NCBI GenBank assembly: GCA_040754455.1
Contig: JBFMCP010000059.1
Coordinates: forward strand, 1-11,862
Direction of reading: 5' to 3'
Length of the DNA: 11,862 bases
DNA from: Nitrospirota bacterium
Lineage (GTDB): Bacteria; Nitrospirota; Thermodesulfovibrionia; Thermodesulfovibrionales; Dissulfurispiraceae
The position numbers and the translations under genes are program-made. Every line of letters starts with the position of its first letter. Position 1 is the stretch's first letter. This document shows positions 7,401 to 11,862 of the stretch, one piece after another. A model generated the notes under the pieces. It was not told where the DNA came from. It did not search any database and worked only from the letters and a program-made list of their open reading frames with translations.

Positions 7401-7958
7401 TCAATCACAACATCTTTGCAACAACATCGCCTCCTTGATGGCGTGCGCCTTTTCTTTGCTGACAAGCCTTTGAACAATGGCGAGGCCGAAGCAGAGGGCA
7501 GTGCCGGGACCCTTGCTGGTGAGAATGTTCCCATCCTCCACAACGATCCTGTCCTCATAGGTTGCCGTGCCGAGCCGGTCTTTGTAAGAGGGATATGCCG
7601 TGGCACGTTTTCCCGAAAGAACTCCTGCGCTGGCGAGCACATAGGGAGCTGCACAGATGGCACCGGTAAGCTTTCCCTTACTACAGAATTCTTTGATGAG
7701 TCCTTTGACCCGTTCGTCGGCATTGAGGTTGTCCGAACCGGGCTGGCCTCCCGGTAATATGATCATATCGAAGTCGTCAGCCCTAATGGTGTCGACGGTG
7801 GTATCGGGAACTACTTTAACCTTTCGTGCGCTCTCAATCGGGCCGTCATGCAGCCCCGCAATCACCGTTTGTATCTCCGCCCTCCTCAGCACATCGACGA
7901 TCGATACTGCCTCGACCTCTTCAAACCCGTCAGCAAGCACGATTACGACTTTCGGCAT
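7401..7958 (-). CDS. yajL: DJ-1/PfpI family (YajL/ThiJ-type) glyoxalase III / deglycase, 185 aa
   Basis: LADGFEEVE, LPGG.PG, catalytic AICAAP, TAYP and TSKGPGTA motifs; RBS AAGGAGG. Confidence 0.93.
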   Translation of the reverse strand: MPKVVIVLADGFEEVEAVSIVDVLRRAEIQTVIAGLHDGPIESARKVKVVPDTTVDTIRADDFDMIILPGGQPGSDNLNADERVKGLIKEFCSKGKLTGAICAAPYVLASAGVLSGKRATAYPSYKDRLGTATYEDRIVVEDGNILTSKGPGTALCFGLAIVQRLVSKEKAHAIKEAMLLQRCCD

Positions 7959-7992
7959 GTGTTCCTCCTTGCAACAAAGGTATAGTTAAGAT

Positions 7993-8001
7993 ATTGTAGC
8001 A
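7993..8001 (-). promoter_or_regulatory. Extended -10 promoter element for the DJ-1 gene
   Basis: TGcTACAAT on the minus strand, 34 nt upstream of the ATG. Confidence 0.4.
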
Positions 8002-8012
8002 GAAAAAGCCTG

Positions 8013-8819
8013 TTATTCCGCAGCGGCATCAGCCTGCTGCGGATCTTGTTCTGCATTCGCTCCGACGGCGTAGTAAAGGTAGCCGAGGGCGAGGAAAAAA
8101 GAAATGACGGATTTGTAGGGAAATTCTATATCCAATACGACGTGAATGGTTTGCAGGATGATTGCCGGGGTAAAGGAGACGGCTGCCAGGCGGATGAGCG
8201 CCTTGTAATCCAGAGCGACCTCGAACCTCTTGGCAAAATAGAAGCCGACGGAGGCGCAGAAGATGACCTGGAGCGCGTAAAAGAGAAACGAGAAGAAGAG
8301 GGCGAAAGGAAAGACCATGAAGGCGAACCAATGCTTGAACGATTCGGTCCATCCGTAGATCCTGCTCTTGTCGATGATGTAGTGGTCGATCCCCGAAAGG
8401 TCGAACGTGCGTGTCTCGGACGGCGCATCGAGGAAGCCGCTTTTGGCGATCAGCGCGGTTTTGGTGAGCAGTATCGTTGTCGTGCTGCCGGGCGAGGTGG
8501 TTTTGCCGGAGGTATCAATGACAGCGAAGGGCGTCTTCTTGTCAGGTCTGTAAATGGTATACGGCACCGGCTCCTTGATCGACGCCGCGCCGTTGGTAAT
8601 GGTGATGGTCGGGACCTGTTCGATGATATGCGGGGCATTGGCATCGATGATGTCGGCAATGTATGCCTGTGTCTTCATAGTCTCGGGAATCCAGTAGAGC
8701 GCCAGCAGGAAAAGGAGGTAGAGGAACCCGTACCCTTTCCAGTTCTTCCCGATATCGTTATAGAGCGGGCGGGAAAAAAACGACATAAATAGAGAATGTA
8801 TAAAGGTATAGTTTCTCAT
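8013..8819 (-). CDS. DUF1189-like membrane protein, 268 aa
   Basis: SFFSRPLY.DIGKNWKGYGFLYLLFLL N-terminal TM, soluble region (P.ITITNG, VIDTSG) and 3-4 C-terminal TMs with Y.ALIRLAAVSFTP. Start placed at ATG 8819 because the longer ORF overlaps dusB. Confidence 0.75.
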   Translation of the reverse strand: MRNYTFIHSLFMSFFSRPLYNDIGKNWKGYGFLYLLFLLALYWIPETMKTQAYIADIIDANAPHIIEQVPTITITNGAASIKEPVPYTIYRPDKKTPFAVIDTSGKTTSPGSTTTILLTKTALIAKSGFLDAPSETRTFDLSGIDHYIIDKSRIYGWTESFKHWFAFMVFPFALFFSFLFYALQVIFCASVGFYFAKRFEVALDYKALIRLAAVSFTPAIILQTIHVVLDIEFPYKSVISFFLALGYLYYAVGANAEQDPQQADAAAE

Positions 8820-8880
8820 AACAGAATGTATTATAACTAACTTTTGAGTTTCGTGCTTGCTTTTAGATAAAATATCGATT
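8820..8880. promoter_or_regulatory. AT-rich divergent promoter region
   Basis: Plus strand: TTGAGT (8844-8849) - 18 nt - TAAAAT (8868-8873). Minus strand: perfect TATAAT at 8835-8830. Confidence 0.55.
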
Positions 8881-9882
8881 GTGCTTACTATTGGAACATT
8901 GAGGCTGTCGAAGCCCCTTGTACTCGCTCCCATGGCGGGGATAAGCGATCTGCCGTTCCGCCTCATTGCCCGCGAGTTCGGCTGCGAGCTCGCCTTCATA
9001 GAGATGATCAGCGCCCGCGCCCTCGTGTACCGGAACAGGAAGACAAAGGAGATGCTGTCGACGCTCCCGGCGGACCGGCCGCTGGGGGTGCAGCTGCTGG
9101 GGAATGATCCGCGTATCGTCCCGCAGGCACTCGAAAATCTGCGTCCTTATAAATTCGATATCATCGACGTTAACGCCGCCTGTCCGGTCGGCAAAGTAAC
9201 CACCCGCGGTGAGGGCGCCGGACTGCTGAAGACACCTCAGGTACTGCACCGGTTCCTCAAAGCTGTTGTGGCGCATGCCGATGTGCCGGTGACGGTGAAG
9301 CTGCGCGCAGGGTGGGATGAATACTCGATCAATGCCCGCGAAATGGCGCTCCTTGCACAGGATGCCGGCGTGCACGGCCTGTTCATCCATGGGAGGACAA
9401 AAGTTCAGGGGTATAGCGGCAGTGTAGATTACAGGGTGATTGCCGGGGTCAAGCGGGCGCTCGATATCCCGGTGATTGCCAGCGGCGATGCGCTCTCGCC
9501 GCAGCTGATAAAGAAGCTGTTCGATGAGACCGGCTGTGACGGCGTTGCCATAGCGCGCGGCGCATTGGGTAATCCATGGGTATTCCGCGACACGGTTTGT
9601 TTTCTTGAAAATGGTGTGCTTCCTGAACGGCCCTGCCTCGACGAGCTGACCGGTGTCATGCGCCGCCACCTGAGTCTCTGCATTGAGTATTATGGAGAGC
9701 ATATCGGAACAATGATGTTCCGGAAGCTCTTTGCATGGTACATAAAGGGGCTCTCCGATGTGCGGCCGCTAAAAGAGAGGGCGTTTCAGGCAAAGACAAA
9801 AGACGAGATGGTTGCGATTATGGCAACGCTTACGAGTGGAAGAGGCGATTCCTCAAGGGGCAGTGCCTCGTTGGCTGCGTAG
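8881..9882 (+). CDS. dusB: tRNA-dihydrouridine synthase B
   Basis: LAPMAGISD, EMISA, QLLG, DVNAACP, PVTVKLRAGWD, IHGRT, IPVIASGD and ARGALGNPW motifs. GTG 8881 gives a typical MLTIG N-terminus; TTG 8857 is an alternative start. Confidence 0.93.
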   Translation: MLTIGTLRLSKPLVLAPMAGISDLPFRLIAREFGCELAFIEMISARALVYRNRKTKEMLSTLPADRPLGVQLLGNDPRIVPQALENLRPYKFDIIDVNAACPVGKVTTRGEGAGLLKTPQVLHRFLKAVVAHADVPVTVKLRAGWDEYSINAREMALLAQDAGVHGLFIHGRTKVQGYSGSVDYRVIAGVKRALDIPVIASGDALSPQLIKKLFDETGCDGVAIARGALGNPWVFRDTVCFLENGVLPERPCLDELTGVMRRHLSLCIEYYGEHIGTMMFRKLFAWYIKGLSDVRPLKERAFQAKTKDEMVAIMATLTSGRGDSSRGSASLAA

Positions 9883-9902
9883 CTGCTGTATCGTGAACAG
9901 CC

Positions 9903-10100
9903 CTATATTACCCGCTTCTTCAGCCGCTCGGCGTACTCGGTGGCGTGTTCGGCAATATCTTCTGCAAGGTCTTTGATCTGCCGCCGGGTCTTTTTCCCTG
10001 ACTGCGGCGCCATGAGCAGTGCAAGTCCTGCGCCGACAGCCCCTCCCAGGAGAAAAGAGAAGACCGCGACCATTGCGAGGCTTTTTTCCGTCCGTTCCAT
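9903..10100 (-). CDS. YtxH-domain small membrane protein, 65 aa
   Basis: FLLGGAVGAGLALLMAPQSGKKTRRQI is the YtxH signature. RBS AAGGAGGT precedes ATG 10100. Confidence 0.9.
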   Translation of the reverse strand: MERTEKSLAMVAVFSFLLGGAVGAGLALLMAPQSGKKTRRQIKDLAEDIAEHATEYAERLKKRVI

Positions 10101-10134
10101 GGTAACCTCCTTAGGCGGGTTTATACCTATCCCT

Positions 10135-10163
10135 ACCTTATCATGCCCATAGGCCGGAGTCAA
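10135..10163 (-). promoter_or_regulatory. Sigma70-type promoter for the YtxH gene
   Basis: TTGACT - 17 nt - TAAGGT with an extended -10 TG on the minus strand. Confidence 0.5.
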
Positions 10164-10236
10164 GGGCAGCTCATAGCCTACCGCTCGTGGTTTATAACTC
10201 ACGGGAGGATAAAAACCCCGGTATGTGTTAATCTTA

Positions 10237-10395
10237 GAGCATCTAACAGAATGATCACTCATTCTCGGAATGCATCCACGCATTCCTCCGAGGGAGACAG
10301 CCTGCTTCACCATCCCTGGTTACGCGTAGGCTGTCTAAACCGCTCTCATACTCTACCCTGCCCGACTCCGGGCCCTTTCATTTCGTTAGAGGCTC
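10237..10395 (-). mobile_element. MITE, copy 2 (159 bp, internally deleted)
   Basis: Flanked by direct TTA (10234-10236 and 10396-10398); TIRs match at 15/18. Its reverse complement matches 3-125 with one mismatch. Relative to copy 1 it lacks 3 bp in one hairpin and a 31-bp block bounded by TCAT. Confidence 0.85.
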
Positions 10396-10420
10396 TTAAT
10401 TTTCTTTCATCAGCCCTGAG

Positions 10421-11862
10421 CTAGGGGCTACAGGCTATGAGCCTTTCGAATTCTTCCGGAGGCAGGGGCTGCCCGGAGAGATAGCCCTGCATTTCATCGC
10501 ACCGCATGGCCTGGAGGAATGAACGTTGGTCTTCGTACTCCACACCCTCGGCGACCACCTTTATTTTCAAATTATGCGCAAGGACAATGATCGCATGGAC
10601 GATCGCTTTGTTGTCAGTGTCGATCAGGAGATCGCTGATAAAGGATTTGTCGATTTTCAATTTGTGTATCGGGAGCTTTTTGAGGTAGCTGAGTGACGAG
10701 TAGCCGATGCCGAAATCGTCAATCGCACAGCGGACACCCAGCTCGTTCAGGGCCGACAGCTTGTAGGCGGCGGCCTCGATGTTCTGCATGATCGTACTCT
10801 CAGTGATTTCTATACAGAGGAAGCGGGGGTCGAGAGAGGTGTCCCGCAAGACCTCATCGACGGTCTTGACGAGATTGGTATGCTGCAGATGGTGCGCTGA
10901 AAGATTTACCGTTACACAGAGGGGAGCGTATCCTGCGTTCTGCCATGCCTTGTTCTGAGCGCAGGCGGTGCGCAGCACCCATTCATCGATTGCGGTGATC
11001 AACCCGGTCTCTTCAGCGAGGGGGATGAACTGCAGGGGGGTGAGCAGCCCTAGATCGGGATGTCTCCAGCGCACCAGCGCCTCCATTCCGGTGATCTTCC
11101 CGGTGCCGATGTTCACCAACGGCTGGTAGTGCACCGTGAGTTCCTCCTGTTGCAGAGTGTGACGGAGGCCGTGTTCGAGGACGATTTTCCTGAAGGCCTT
11201 TACGTTTATGACAGGGTTATAGAACTGATAGTTGTTTCTGCCCTCCTCTTTTGCATGGTACATCGCGGTGTCGGCGTTCTGCATCAGAATACCGGCATCA
11301 TCCCCGTCATTCGGGTAGATGCTGATGCCGATGCTGACGGTGATGTGGAGTTCGCGGCTGTCGATGCTATAAGGCTGCTTGAACGCCGCGATGATCTTTT
11401 CGACGATGGTGACGATATCCTCCTCATGGTTGACCTGGGAAAGCAGGATCGTGTATTCGTCGCCGCCCATGCGGGCTATCATATCCGCTTCGCGCACGCT
11501 GGCCTTGAGGCGGTGGGCAACGGCGATGAGCAGTTTGTCGCCGAGGGCGTGGCCGAGGGAGTCATTGATGGTCTTGAAGCGGTCGAGATCCAGAAACATC
11601 ACCGCCAGCTTTTTTCCGCTGCGGTGCGCCTGACTCAATGCGAAATCGAGGTGATCGATAAAAAGTATCCTGTTCGGCAGGCCGGTGAGCGCGTCATGGT
11701 ATGCCTGACGCCGTATGGTCTCCTCCATTTGTTTCAGCTCGGTGACATCCTGGGCGGTCCCGAACATTTTTATTACATTGCCCTTTTCATCAGCGACCAC
11801 CTGCCCCCGGCAGTGCAGTATGCGGACGAGCCCGTCCGGCCCGAGGGTCCGGTGGTAATAAT
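10421..11862 (-). CDS. PAS/PAC-GGDEF-EAL diguanylate cyclase/phosphodiesterase, 5'-truncated by the window edge
   Basis: The frame is open to the window end (YYHRTLGPDGLVRILHCRGQVVADEKG..GTAQDVTE = PAC). GGDEF motifs YHDALTGLPNR, DLDRFKTINDSLGH and RMGGDEY. EAL motifs EALVRW, DDFGIGYSSL, KIDKSF, AEGVE and QGY. Confidence 0.95.
   Translation of the reverse strand, partial: YYHRTLGPDGLVRILHCRGQVVADEKGNVIKMFGTAQDVTELKQMEETIRRQAYHDALTGLPNRILFIDHLDFALSQAHRSGKKLAVMFLDLDRFKTINDSLGHALGDKLLIAVAHRLKASVREADMIARMGGDEYTILLSQVNHEEDIVTIVEKIIAAFKQPYSIDSRELHITVSIGISIYPNDGDDAGILMQNADTAMYHAKEEGRNNYQFYNPVINVKAFRKIVLEHGLRHTLQQEELTVHYQPLVNIGTGKITGMEALVRWRHPDLGLLTPLQFIPLAEETGLITAIDEWVLRTACAQNKAWQNAGYAPLCVTVNLSAHHLQHTNLVKTVDEVLRDTSLDPRFLCIEITESTIMQNIEAAAYKLSALNELGVRCAIDDFGIGYSSLSYLKKLPIHKLKIDKSFISDLLIDTDNKAIVHAIIVLAHNLKIKVVAEGVEYEDQRSFLQAMRCDEMQGYLSGQPLPPEEFERLIACSP

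Noticed and set aside
7389..7415. DJ-1 ending RCCD-TGA as another Sec codon
   Set aside because: The domain is already complete, read-through adds only three residues, and no convincing SECIS follows.
8820..8999. Long antisense overlap of the 328-aa ORF with dusB
   Set aside because: The membrane-protein-like sequence starts at ATG 8819; the extension is the antisense shadow of dusB.
9160..9490. DusB variants NAACP and SGD as signs of inactivation
   Set aside because: The catalytic Cys and the FMN-binding motifs are retained; the substitutions are conservative.
10101..10313. 136-aa version of the YtxH ORF
   Set aside because: The extension crosses the promoter and the MITE, and a strong RBS marks ATG 10100.
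1..10398. Composite transposon formed by the two MITE copies
   Set aside because: The outer flanks (xAA left, TTA right) are not a direct repeat, and each copy appears to have its own duplication. There is no transposase and the cargo includes housekeeping dusB.
11450..11475. GGDEY as a degenerate cyclase site
   Set aside because: F-to-Y is conservative and the metal- and GTP-binding motifs are intact.

Overview
Bacterial chromosomal segment with ten protein-coding genes: P2-type ATPase, exported rhodanese, HTH/Zn-ribbon regulator, AsmA-family protein, NIT-HAMP-GGDEF cyclase, DJ-1/YajL, DUF1189-like membrane protein, DusB, YtxH-like protein and a 5'-truncated PAS-GGDEF-EAL protein. The ORF track misses two main signals. 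(1) The rhodanese gene is interrupted by an in-frame UGA at a Cys-equivalent position (CRGIG-U). A SECIS-like hairpin and a normal rhodanese C-terminus follow, so it is probably an exported selenoprotein; an alternative fold buries the UGA itself. (2) Two inverted, near-identical copies of a highly structured MITE (3..195 and 10237..10395) have 18-bp TIRs and TAA target duplications, and display GGA hexaloops resembling CsrA/RsmA sites. Three genes look leaderless, and the ATPase has a non-canonical ion-binding site. No transposase, tRNA, rRNA or CRISPR array was seen. All family assignments come from motif recognition, not database searches.
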